IMG/VR virus record: IMGVR_UViG_3300032255_000017
Location: 1-30,228 of that record
Length of the DNA: 30,228 nucleotides
From: a virus
Taxonomy: Duplodnaviria > Caudoviricetes
Reading direction: 5' to 3' (one strand)
Part shown: one piece after another, positions 15,704-23,857 of the stretch
How positions within the stretch are numbered: the first letter of the stretch is position 1
How the letters are laid out: every line of letters starts with the position of its first letter
Notes under the pieces: model-generated
Database searches by the model: none
What the model saw: the letters and a program-made list of their open reading frames with translations, nothing else
Told to the model about the DNA's origin: nothing
Made by a program: the position numbers and the translations under genes

Positions 15704-18037
15704 CTATAACTCAATAACAAACTTTCTTGTCGCCGATTCAACTAAGAATTCGTTTGTTGTCGAGTAAGCTATAAATTCGTTTGTTGTCGAGCTAATTAGA
15801 ATGTTTTTTTGATCCAGTGATATAAATAATAGGCTGATGCCTAATAATGATATATTTCCGTTAGCTAATAATTGAATATTTCCAAATGATTGTTTTCTTC
15901 CTAAGAAATTTATTGTTGATTGGGCTTGTTGTTGTGTGTTCCCAAATCCTTTCTTCGCCCCATCATTCGAAATCAAAGATAAGGTCGATATGGAAACACT
16001 TCCCCCTCTACTTTGCGTTTGTTTTGAACCAGAAATAGCGATATTAGTAATCGCTGAAACGCTAGCGAAACCCTTACCGGCTTTCATTCCTTGAGTTGAT
16101 ATATTTAAGACCGCGTTTAACGATAATGTTCCGTTAGAAGTCTTTTGACCGTTAGCAGATAAAATCGATTGCGCTGATAAGCTAATTGTTCCCAAACCGG
16201 TCTGTTTGCTAGATCCAACAGCCGCCAGATTAGTGACCGCGGATAAACTTGAAAACCCTAGTCCGCGCTTTCTTCCGCTTATAATATAATTAGTCGCCGC
16301 GTCTGCGATTGTTGAACCGCTAGATCCTTTTGCGGCAGAAACGATAAAAGACGATAACCCGTTAATCGATAACGAACCACCCGCCCCTTTAGAGCCGGAA
16401 ATCGATGCCGAAATAATGCTATCGATCGATAAAGATCCGTTAGATGATTTTCGACCAATGTTGGAAATATTCGTTACATTAGATAAAGAAGCAGCGACGC
16501 CAATGCGTTTTTGACCGACTGAATTTATCGCTGATAAAGCGCTTAGCGATATAGCTCCGCCAATAACAATAACCATCCATGTTTGTGACTCATTCGGTTC
16601 GCCCCAAATTTTTAGAAATTTTTGACCTAAATTATTAACTCCTAAATACAATCCTTCCGGTTGCGAAAAACCGGTTAGAATAATTCGATCGATAATATCG
16701 CCATTCGCCGCATCGACTTCTAAAATAATATTTGATACTTGACTTAATAATAGTAAATTTCCGGTTACCGAATCGAATTCTATCGATGCTAAGTCTGACA
16801 AAACTCCGTTGTATAAAACTTCTGGGTCAAATGGCTCAATAACTGTTAAATCAGTTGTATAGTTATACGCTGTTAAATCGGCTTTATCTGCAGGAATTGT
16901 TATTCTCATAACTTTCATCGGAGAAAGCTCTTGAACAACGTACATATAATTATTTGCTAAATCAACAGCAACACCTTCCAAGCTTTGATTGGAAACTGTT
17001 CGAGGAGGAAAAATATAACTTTGATTTGATCCGACCTGCAAATTTACGTTTGTAGTACTTGAATCAATCGTTACTTTCCAAACTTCACTAGATTCATTAG
17101 AAAGAAAATATTCATCATTCTGATAATGAGTAATGCCTTCTATATCGTTTGTTGAGCTACCTGATTTCGTTATCGTCGCAACATAATTCCCTGATGTATC
17201 GTAACGAATTATTGAGCCAGAACTATTAACGACTACAAGCCAATTTTGTAGCGTTTCAGACCAAGCGACATCTGATTGATTAGTGACCCCACCACCACCA
17301 GCAACGGTGTGAGTTTGAATAGAGCCAACCCCTTCAAAGTTTCCTAAATTCAAAACGCTAGTTGGATCAGAGGGAGGGACCGCTCCATCATCTCCAGGTT
17401 GTAGCATCATAGCAACGCAACAAATTTTATCGGTTGACGAGCTGTTAACTAGATTTGTTAATATACCGTTTGCAATGGCCGTCGTATCTTTGGTCCCGAC
17501 CACTGCCGCCATGCTTGTTCCGTCGTTTGCGGTAGTGCTATATTGAGAATAACCCCCGTTAAACGTCCATGACCCTGTGGTTTTGCTATTGCCACCAACC
17601 ACAACGGCTAAACCGTCAACGATTTCATCTAATGTGTAAGGGGCTGTTCCGGTTGCATTTTGAGCAAATCCAGAATAACCCTGATTTAATAAGTTTAGAA
17701 ACGGTTCAATCTGGTTGACATATTGAAAAACAATACCAATTTTTAACCGACTTTGTGCAGTTGCTCCACCTGTCCTAGTAGTGCCCGTTCCAGACATTGC
17801 TTGAATGCCTAGTTCATCGATATAGTAGGCATAAAAATTCATCGTTGCATTCGATAGCTGATGAATAAGAGTTGCGTTAACTCCCCCTATTGTTGCGGCG
17901 GTCATAATGCCAGTGCCGCTCGTTTCTACAATATCAAAAATTACATAAATTCGGTTAGACCCGATAGTTGGTGTAATTCCGGGTGACGAAGCCCCAGTAG
18001 CAACAAAATCAATTATTTGTGGTCGCTGTAAAGCCAT
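15704..18037 (-). CDS. 777-aa mosaic fibre/adhesin-like protein: N-terminal beta domain, SdiA-regulated/YjiK-like beta-propeller, ~12 x 20-aa repeats
   Basis: Propeller motifs SDVAW, DIEGIT, NQSLEGVAVD, DLASI, LLLLSQVS, QPEGL, GEPN; repeat region 15840-16561. Confidence 0.75.
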   Translation of the reverse strand: MALQRPQIIDFVATGASSPGITPTIGSNRIYVIFDIVETSGTGIMTAATIGGVNATLIHQLSNATMNFYAYYIDELGIQAMSGTGTTRTGGATAQSRLKIGIVFQYVNQIEPFLNLLNQGYSGFAQNATGTAPYTLDEIVDGLAVVVGGNSKTTGSWTFNGGYSQYSTTANDGTSMAAVVGTKDTTAIANGILTNLVNSSSTDKICCVAMMLQPGDDGAVPPSDPTSVLNLGNFEGVGSIQTHTVAGGGGVTNQSDVAWSETLQNWLVVVNSSGSIIRYDTSGNYVATITKSGSSTNDIEGITHYQNDEYFLSNESSEVWKVTIDSSTTNVNLQVGSNQSYIFPPRTVSNQSLEGVAVDLANNYMYVVQELSPMKVMRITIPADKADLTAYNYTTDLTVIEPFDPEVLYNGVLSDLASIEFDSVTGNLLLLSQVSNIILEVDAANGDIIDRIILTGFSQPEGLYLGVNNLGQKFLKIWGEPNESQTWMVIVIGGAISLSALSAINSVGQKRIGVAASLSNVTNISNIGRKSSNGSLSIDSIISASISGSKGAGGSLSINGLSSFIVSAAKGSSGSTIADAATNYIISGRKRGLGFSSLSAVTNLAAVGSSKQTGLGTISLSAQSILSANGQKTSNGTLSLNAVLNISTQGMKAGKGFASVSAITNIAISGSKQTQSRGGSVSISTLSLISNDGAKKGFGNTQQQAQSTINFLGRKQSFGNIQLLANGNISLLGISLLFISLDQKNILISSTTNEFIAYSTTNEFLVESATRKFVIEL

Positions 18038-18058
18038 TTGATTTCGCGAAAAATAACG

Positions 18059-18448
18059 CTATTTACCTTTCCATTTATCGACGACTTTCTCTGAACTACG
18101 CCCAACAACATACCCACCTAAACCCAATTTAATTAACTCCCATAAATCAACCGGAATTTCTAAAACGGGTGCGTTTTCTGTTAGAAGAGACAGATATGGA
18201 TAAAGGATGTAATTGTTAAAAATGATGAATCCAAACATCAGCATGATAATCGGTCGCCAAATCGCCGCTAACCGATATTTGCTTTGAGCTTCCGATATAA
18301 TGACTTTCATTTGAGCATCAAGACCCGCTAATTCACCTTTAGCTTGCATCTCGACAATTTTTAGCTTTGCTTCGTTAGCTTTTTCTTTATCTGGAAAAAT
18401 GCTGTCAAACACTTTTCCGATTAATGGGATAAACGCAGTTACACTCAT
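18059..18448 (-). CDS. Holin, 3TM GTA-type family
   Basis: 129 aa; FPDKE, WRP motif, LGLGGYVVGRSSEK C-terminus. Confidence 0.85.
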   Translation of the reverse strand: MSVTAFIPLIGKVFDSIFPDKEKANEAKLKIVEMQAKGELAGLDAQMKVIISEAQSKYRLAAIWRPIIMLMFGFIIFNNYILYPYLSLLTENAPVLEIPVDLWELIKLGLGGYVVGRSSEKVVDKWKGK

Positions 18449-18451
18449 TGT

Positions 18452-18643
18452 TCAAATCCTATTCATTGCGACAAAAGAAACCGATTCGTAATCATCTAAC
18501 TCTAATCGGATGGTCTTGTGATTACAGCCAATTTTATGGCCAATGGTTTTAACCGCTGATACTTTTTTACGGCTATTATATTTCGAGATCCTTAAAGTTT
18601 TATCGCTATCATCAATCCGCTTGATAGTTATTTCAGCAATCAA
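18452..18643 (-). CDS. Hypothetical protein in lysis cassette
   Basis: 63 aa, basic, overlaps the endolysin stop by 4 nt. Confidence 0.5.
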   Translation of the reverse strand: MIAEITIKRIDDSDKTLRISKYNSRKKVSAVKTIGHKIGCNHKTIRLELDDYESVSFVAMNRI

Positions 18644-19059
18644 CGCTGTAGTCCTTTAATGTAAATATTTGGGTCGATGAATGCGCCTTCGTGTTTCACC
18701 TCTAAATGAAAATGAGGTGTAATACTTTGGTAAATTGGTCTTAAGTCTTGTGACTCACCAATAACACCTTCAAGACCTATTTTGTCACCTAACTTAACGA
18801 GTGGATTGACGTAAAAGTAGCGGACTTGAATTCCTACAGAATCAGTTACTTGAACGTATCTTAAATGACCTTTTTCTGTATCGTTTGGGTTGTAGGGATA
18901 ACCAATTTTAGTTACCTCACCAGAGCTAATTGACAGTATTTTTGATTTTGGTAAACAACCATAATCTCGACCATTATGTTTTCTGTTGCCTCGCGGTGCG
19001 CCAAACTCGCCAGAGCCTTGAGAGTCTTGCCCTCGCTCTGGTGGAACTAGTTTAATCAT
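18640..19059 (-). CDS. Endolysin, M23 metallopeptidase
   Basis: HxxxD (HNGRD) and HxH (PHFHLEV) zinc motifs; located between two holin-like genes. Confidence 0.9.
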   Translation of the reverse strand: MIKLVPPERGQDSQGSGEFGAPRGNRKHNGRDYGCLPKSKILSISSGEVTKIGYPYNPNDTEKGHLRYVQVTDSVGIQVRYFYVNPLVKLGDKIGLEGVIGESQDLRPIYQSITPHFHLEVKHEGAFIDPNIYIKGLQR

Positions 19060-19271
19060 TTAAAATACGCCATTACTGCGACGACAAACGCCCACAATGC
19101 AGAAACAACAATTGACGCACCAAAAATAATGCCTTTCGTTTTTGTCATCGCAGCTGTTTGCGCATTTACCGCTTTAGTCAGTATTGCGACGGTTTTGGTT
19201 AAATCTTCGACATCACGTTTAAGTAACGCAATATCAGTTTCTTGGGATGTATCAACCATTAAAAATTCCAT
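19056..19271 (-). CDS. Holin/antiholin-like small membrane protein
   Basis: 71 aa, N-terminal coiled coil plus one C-terminal TM helix; first late gene. Confidence 0.65.
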   Translation of the reverse strand: MEFLMVDTSQETDIALLKRDVEDLTKTVAILTKAVNAQTAAMTKTKGIIFGASIVVSALWAFVVAVMAYFK

Positions 19272-19303
19272 AAAAAAAGCCCCAAGAGAACCCCTTGAGG
19301 CAT
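19272..19303 (-). terminator. Second late-leader terminator-like hairpin
   Basis: GCCTCAAG...CTTGGGC followed by T7 on the minus strand. Confidence 0.5.
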
Positions 19304-19329
19304 TAAGTCACACGGCAAATTTTAGGCAC

Positions 19330-19363
19330 AAAAAAAGCCGCAATTCCGTAGAACGCAGCTTTT
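19330..19363 (-). terminator. Late-leader terminator (tR'-like)
   Basis: AGCTGCG...TGCGGCT hairpin followed by a T-run just downstream of the late promoter. Confidence 0.7.
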
Positions 19364-19385
19364 AGCAAACCTTTTTATGGACCGG

Positions 19386-19414
19386 ATTATGGCACTAAAA
19401 CAGATCGATTGCAA
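19386..19414 (-). promoter_or_regulatory. Late promoter (pR'-like)
   Basis: TTGCAA-17 bp-CATAAT immediately downstream of Q and upstream of terminators and lysis genes. Confidence 0.8.
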
Positions 19415-19432
19415 AATAAATCTGTGGATAAC

Positions 19433-19807
19433 TTATATTTTTAATGAAACGTACAGTTTTGCATTGTCCAGAATTTGGTTAAGTTTAACAGTATTTACCC
19501 GCATCGCCTTACATAGCTTAGCTTTTGGCATATGCATCACGTAGATACCTTCGAGCGCCGTTTTGCATTCGAGTCCGCCTTGTTTGTTTTTCATGTCGGC
19601 AATAATTCGGTCGAGCTTAAGTGCGTAATCTTCGGATATGTTGAAAATTATAGGGACAAAAGAAATATCGTAATCCCAATCTAACGGAGCACCTGCTAGT
19701 CGTCTAAATCCGGTCATGGTTGGAAAACCCATACCGTCGCTATACCGTCTTGACCATTCACCCCACTGTTCTAAATCTCGCTCTATTTGAGCACCACAAG
19801 TGATCAC
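19433..19807 (-). CDS. Q: Late antiterminator Q
   Basis: 124 aa; LEQWGEWSR N-terminus, ISEDYALKLDRIIA and C-terminal HTH; position before the late promoter. Confidence 0.85.
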   Translation of the reverse strand: MITCGAQIERDLEQWGEWSRRYSDGMGFPTMTGFRRLAGAPLDWDYDISFVPIIFNISEDYALKLDRIIADMKNKQGGLECKTALEGIYVMHMPKAKLCKAMRVNTVKLNQILDNAKLYVSLKI

Positions 19808-20019
19808 TATAACTTGCTCTCAATGACTAGCTGATTTAGCAATTGGATTTCTTTTTGGCAGATTTGAAGTTGTGCGCTAATCGTTCGATGCTTGTCGTTT
19901 TCTCGTGGCGGCCATTGAGTCAATCGCTTATCGTTAATCTTGGTAATTTTATTAAGACTCGATTGAAGCTCAACAATTCTATGTGCTGATTCAGTTCGTA
20001 GCATTTCCACAACCCTCAA
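19807..20019 (-). CDS. Hypothetical protein
   Basis: 70 aa helical ORF coupled to Q. Confidence 0.6.
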   Translation of the reverse strand: MRVVEMLRTESAHRIVELQSSLNKITKINDKRLTQWPPRENDKHRTISAQLQICQKEIQLLNQLVIESKL

Positions 20020-20024
20020 TTAAT

Positions 20025-20354
20025 TTATTTTGATGTTCTAGCCATTCTTAGTAAAATTAAATATCCCAACAAATCGAATTCGGCATCCTCATCGTCGTCA
20101 TTTTGTTGGTTTTCTAATCTTGATATTTTGTCATCAATACGAACTTTTAATTGCTCTATCGGATCCGCTTTAGAAAATATTCGTTTTGGATCTAATGCTG
20201 AATTTCCGTATTTACGATTTTTGTCGCAAAGTATATTTTTAATAATTATCAAAGTTTCGTCTAAATCTTTTTCGAATTCATTGATAGTATTTTCCACTGA
20301 ATCGAATGGGTCAACGAATTTCTTAATATCGAAGCGGGCTTCGTTTTCGCTCAT
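20025..20354 (-). CDS. DUF1599 / nucleotide-modification-associated domain protein
   Basis: KNRKYGNS...RIDDKISRL...ED...DLLGYLIL motif set. Confidence 0.75.
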   Translation of the reverse strand: MSENEARFDIKKFVDPFDSVENTINEFEKDLDETLIIIKNILCDKNRKYGNSALDPKRIFSKADPIEQLKVRIDDKISRLENQQNDDDEDAEFDLLGYLILLRMARTSK

Positions 20355-20899
20355 CCTAAAAACTCCTTACACTTAGACTTGTAGGTTTTTTCAATTTCTC
20401 TAATATCATCGATAGAATATTTTTTCGCTTTATGCGGCCCCTCAATAAACCTGACTTTTTCGATCCCTATTTTTTTAACAAGGTTCACTCGGTAAGGAAT
20501 TAAATTTCCGCTTAATTGTGTATTGCATTGCGAGCATTGCTTGTGGCAGTTGTCTTCATCAAACCTTAACTCTGGAGCGCTTCCTCTGCTTCGATAGTGA
20601 CCCGCGTCATATTTCCCCTTAGTACTACTCTCGCAGCTAATGCATGGCCTTTTCGAATCCCTTAATCTTATGAACTTATTAAACCAAACTTGAGCCTGCG
20701 CCAATCTAAACGAACGGTTATTTCCCCTTAACGTTATGACAGCTTTTCTGTTTTGCTTTTCGGCTTTCAACTTTTCAACAGTCTTACCGTATTCGGAAGC
20801 GCAAACATAATCTCGGCAAACTACTTGGGTTGTCATCATAGGTTTAAACATCTTTCCACAGTGCTTACATTTTTTAACTTTCTTGGGTTTAATTGGCAT
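20351..20899 (-). CDS. ninG: NinG/Rap recombination endonuclease (HNH-like)
   Basis: N-terminal CxxC, FNKFIRLRD, CISC, DAGHYRSRG, LRFDEDNCHKQCSQCN. Confidence 0.95.
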   Translation of the reverse strand: MPIKPKKVKKCKHCGKMFKPMMTTQVVCRDYVCASEYGKTVEKLKAEKQNRKAVITLRGNNRSFRLAQAQVWFNKFIRLRDSKRPCISCESSTKGKYDAGHYRSRGSAPELRFDEDNCHKQCSQCNTQLSGNLIPYRVNLVKKIGIEKVRFIEGPHKAKKYSIDDIREIEKTYKSKCKEFLG

Positions 20900-21094
20900 T
20901 TACGAAAACAATTCCTTTGCCGTGCCTATCTTTCGATAAGCCAATATTTTATTGAAGTCGACAACGTGATAACTGTCTGTGACGAATGTGTCACCAATAA
21001 ACCAAGCCATTGCTTTCCCGTTTTTTGTTTCGATGTGATAACGAGTCCAGTTAGTCGGTTTATCTTGAATATCTAAATTTGTCTGATTCAACAT
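20900..21094 (-). CDS. Hypothetical protein
   Basis: 64 aa ORF in the nin region, abutting ninG. Confidence 0.55.
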   Translation of the reverse strand: MLNQTNLDIQDKPTNWTRYHIETKNGKAMAWFIGDTFVTDSYHVVDFNKILAYRKIGTAKELFS

Positions 21095-21266
21095 CCCTAA
21101 CCTTGTCTAATAAGTCCCGCCAAGCTTGTTCGTTTTCATTTTGTTTCTTGAGCCAAATTTCTCGTTTCTGAGGTGTTCGGTATTTTAGTAAATATCGGCA
21201 CCAGCATTCTTTTTTGTAGTTGTCTATGGCTTCGCGTTCGCTCTTAGGTAAATTGGCTAAGTTCAA
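21060..21266 (-). CDS. Hypothetical protein
   Basis: 68 aa ORF overlapping the P-like stop by 4 nt. Confidence 0.6.
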   Translation of the reverse strand: MNLANLPKSEREAIDNYKKECWCRYLLKYRTPQKREIWLKKQNENEQAWRDLLDKVRDVESDKFRYSR

Positions 21267-21691
21267 ACGAGTAGGGTCTCTCTCATTTTTTGAAGTTTGG
21301 TAACGCCTCTCGCCTGCTTCGCGTGATCAAAATCACTACCGATAAACAATTGGTGAGACGGATGCTTAGCCTTTTTTTTGCAAAGCGCAGTAAATTCGAA
21401 CAGATTCGGAGGAAATGAACTTTGCCCTTTGCTAGTCAAATATTCAGCTCTTATTTTGGTATTGTTCAACCCTAAGTCGATTTGGTCGCTTGTTAAACTC
21501 CCGAGTTCTTTTTCCCAGAGTTTGAACGTGACACCACCGGGCATTCCGTATTGAGATTCCCATTGACGACCATATGCGGCTGACATCGCAATAAATACCC
21601 GAGCGGCGTTATTCGGCATAAAGCTCTTTAGCCTTTCTGATCGCCCTATCCGTTGGCGTGTCATTTGGTTTGGCTGACTGTTGGTTTTCAT
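21263..21691 (-). CDS. Replication protein P-like (helicase loader)
   Basis: ATG 21691 with GGAGGA RBS; YGRQWESQYG...W...QIDLGL...FPPNLFEFTALC pattern; follows O. Confidence 0.75.
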   Translation of the reverse strand: MKTNSQPNQMTRQRIGRSERLKSFMPNNAARVFIAMSAAYGRQWESQYGMPGGVTFKLWEKELGSLTSDQIDLGLNNTKIRAEYLTSKGQSSFPPNLFEFTALCKKKAKHPSHQLFIGSDFDHAKQARGVTKLQKMRETLLV

Positions 21692-22322
21692 TGTCAATCC
21701 TCCTTTGCTGATTTTTGTCAAAAACAGTGCGCTGCATAACAACCCATTTTCGGTAAACAGGCTCCCAGTCAGATTTTAAAACTCCTTCGCCTTGGTAGTG
21801 AGAAATGAATATTTCTAGCTCATCAGAATCCAATGGTTTATGGCCATTTCTTTTGAGGTGGATTAGTGTCGATTCTTTGGGTTTGAAATCGTCTTGAATT
21901 AGAGATTGAGAATTTGGGTAATCGCGCGCGCCCCCCTCTCTCTCTTTTGTATTACTATTACTTGTATTACTCCCTTCATCATTTTCTAAATAGGGGTGTT
22001 TAATATTCTTAATAGGGGTGTTTAATATATTAAACAGGGTGTTTAGTTTATTAACTACCCTAATAACGCGTTTTGAAACCTGTTTTCCCTCCCTGATTAA
22101 AGTGATTTTAACGAGCTTTTTTGACTCCAAACTTTTAATAATTTGAGTGCATCTACCCTTCGATATTTGAAAGAAATCTGCAAAGTGTGCATTGGTAGCA
22201 AAACAACCTTTTTTGCCATCCAAACTATCGATTTCGACCAAGAAAAGCTTTTCCATAATCGTTAATTCTGAATTCGTCCAAATCTCTTTGGGGATCCAAA
22301 CACCTTTGAAATCTCTATTCAC
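21609..22322 (-). CDS. Replication initiator (O-like), N-terminal wHTH, C-terminal DnaT-like domain
   Basis: RDFKGVWIPKEIW...GCFATNAHFA HTH; internal iterons; C-terminal F..HY...DW...RKW. Confidence 0.88.
   Translation of the reverse strand: MNRDFKGVWIPKEIWTNSELTIMEKLFLVEIDSLDGKKGCFATNAHFADFFQISKGRCTQIIKSLESKKLVKITLIREGKQVSKRVIRVVNKLNTLFNILNTPIKNIKHPYLENDEGSNTSNSNTKEREGGARDYPNSQSLIQDDFKPKESTLIHLKRNGHKPLDSDELEIFISHYQGEGVLKSDWEPVYRKWVVMQRTVFDKNQQRRIDNENQQSAKPNDTPTDRAIRKAKELYAE
21950..22060. repeat. Replication origin: iterons plus AT-rich tract inside O
   Basis: AATAGGGGTGTTTAATAT at 21989 and 22011 (22-bp period), degenerate third copy at 22033, adjacent GTATTACT repeats. Confidence 0.8.
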
Positions 22323-22492
22323 GTTAGCCTTACCATATGGACAGATTTACCCGTTAAAGGGCATCTTGTTATAATTGGATTTTCTTCAATAACCATTTTT
22401 TTCTTTAAACTATTGCAACGCCCCGCCACCCAACCAGATTCTTCTCCCATATGAATAGCAATTTGCTTGCGACTGATAAAACCAGTACTCAT
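22319..22492 (-). CDS. Small winged-HTH protein, 57 aa (not in ORF track)
   Basis: MSTGFISRKQIAIHMGEESGWVAGRCNSLKKKMVIEENPIITRCPLTGKSVHMVRLT; stop overlaps the O start (GTGA). Confidence 0.65.
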   Translation of the reverse strand: MSTGFISRKQIAIHMGEESGWVAGRCNSLKKKMVIEENPIITRCPLTGKSVHMVRLT

Positions 22493-22619
22493 TTGTCTAA
22501 TATCTATAACGGCTTTAATCGCGGCGCTTCCTTAATTAATACACCTACAAAATCAATCCGCTTTTAAGGGCTCAAAAAGGGACATGCTTACGACTTCCTT
22601 AGGCGCATAATTTGACCTG

Positions 22620-22919
22620 TTATTTTTCTCTATTTCGACTTATTCTGTAAACATTGTTTTCCAGATCGCCATCAAGGTATTCATTAATAATGTCGTTAAT
22701 TACCCCTCTTTCATTTAAATCAGAGCTTTCTATCTTAATGATTAACTCTTCAAATCTTTTATGCCGCCAAACCATAAGCGCCCAAATAGCTAGACTCCTT
22801 AAAATAACCGAAGGGGTTGTAGTAAACTTTCCACAAAGAGCCAAAAATTCGGTATGGCAATATTCGGTAATTTTTGTTTTAAGAGGTTCGGTTTTCTTCC
22901 CTGAGTATTTTGCAAACAT
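22620..22919 (-). CDS. Regulator in the cII position (possible ribbon-helix-helix)
   Basis: 99 aa directly after cro; N-terminal strand-helix-helix pattern; function positional. Confidence 0.55.
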   Translation of the reverse strand: MFAKYSGKKTEPLKTKITEYCHTEFLALCGKFTTTPSVILRSLAIWALMVWRHKRFEELIIKIESSDLNERGVINDIINEYLDGDLENNVYRISRNREK

Positions 22920-23138
22920 TTACGCCACCTTTTTTGTAATAAAATGCTCTACCATATCAGCATCGACCAACATTCCATTAGAATTTGCTACTAGCCTGCT
23001 CCATAAAGAATTTCTAGGCCTTCTATGGGCGAATAATAGATTGGTATTTATATATCCAACAGACGTACCACACAATTTCGCATATCTCTCTAAATCATTA
23101 TCAGTTAGTGATTTGATGTATTTCTTAAATTTTGTCAT
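22920..23138 (-). CDS. cro: Cro-like repressor
   Basis: 72 aa, YAKLCGTSVGYI HTH, GAGG RBS, divergent from cI. Confidence 0.85.
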   Translation of the reverse strand: MTKFKKYIKSLTDNDLERYAKLCGTSVGYINTNLLFAHRRPRNSLWSRLVANSNGMLVDADMVEHFITKKVA

Positions 23139-23155
23139 TTATACCTCGCGAGCAC

Positions 23156-23184
23156 AGCTTAGCAAAATGCTATACTCTTTTCAA
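23156..23184 (-). promoter_or_regulatory. PR promoter with operator oR (AGTATAGC-ATTTT-GCTAAGCT, 23156-23176)
   Basis: TTGAAA-17 bp-TAAGCT; the palindrome spans the spacer and -10 and matches the PL operator. Confidence 0.85.
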
Positions 23185-23207
23185 CGGAATGTTAATCATT
23201 TTGCGTA

Positions 23208-23243
23208 GTAGCGAAAAATCTACATTCATTTATAATTCAGGAA
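23208..23243 (+). promoter_or_regulatory. PRM-like promoter giving a probably leaderless cI mRNA
   Basis: TATAAT at 23231-23236, 6 nt before ATG 23243; poor -35; no properly spaced RBS. Confidence 0.6.
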
Positions 23244-23857
23244 TGAAAGTTGAACTAACAGAAATACAGAAAATAAGGCATAAAAACCTTAGAATTCTAA
23301 TTGAATCTTTAGGGGATAAAGGGGCGACAAAGCTTGCAGACAAACTAAATAGAAAATCCACCCAAACAAGCCAGTTTGCTGGAGTAAAACCTTCTCGGGG
23401 TATTAGCGAAAAAATGGCTAGAAAAATAGAGTCAGCCTTCAATCTGGCTATGTTTTCGCTTGATTCGACTGATGATAAAAGCTTTGAAAGTCCTAATGTT
23501 ATTGATCATCGAAGAATGAAATTGGCATTAAAGCACGCAAGGATAGCGTTAACCGTTATGCCTAGTGAGAATGATGAAGATGAGCAGCTAGTTAGATTAA
23601 TGCTAAATCTTTACTCTGGGGATGACATTAAAACGCCTAGAGGGCCTGTTGGGTCAGAAAAAGAATTCATGGTCGCGGCAAGTTTGGAAGCTAGAGATAT
23701 TATGCAAAAAGTAATTGGAGAGCCTGGCGTAAAAATGAATGATGAAGAAGAAAGATCGATATACGCAACTGTTCTAAATGATATTTTCAATGAGTATATT
23801 AATTCTGGGAAAATAAACTCCGAATCTAAAAAATTATCTCCTAAAGTTCAAAATTAG
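23243..23857 (+). CDS. cI: CI-like repressor (HTH, no S24 peptidase domain), 204 aa
   Basis: IRHKNLRILI...LADKLNRKSTQTSQF...RGISEKMARKIE HTH typical of lambdoid repressors; the ORF-track TTG start at 23132 overlaps cro and PR so is unlikely. Confidence 0.85.
   Translation: MKVELTEIQKIRHKNLRILIESLGDKGATKLADKLNRKSTQTSQFAGVKPSRGISEKMARKIESAFNLAMFSLDSTDDKSFESPNVIDHRRMKLALKHARIALTVMPSENDEDEQLVRLMLNLYSGDDIKTPRGPVGSEKEFMVAASLEARDIMQKVIGEPGVKMNDEEERSIYATVLNDIFNEYINSGKINSESKKLSPKVQN

Noticed and set aside
15752-15795. Direct repeat AATTCGTTTGTTGTCGAG as a CRISPR-like unit
   Set aside because: Two copies at 27-bp period encoding STTNEF; no spacers or cas genes.
22654-23208. 184-aa plus-strand ORF
   Set aside because: Antisense to cro and the cII-like gene, no RBS or recognisable motif.
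23132-23242. N-terminal extension of cI from the ORF track
   Set aside because: Overlaps the cro start and PR/oR; ATG 23243 fits the HTH start and the promoter.
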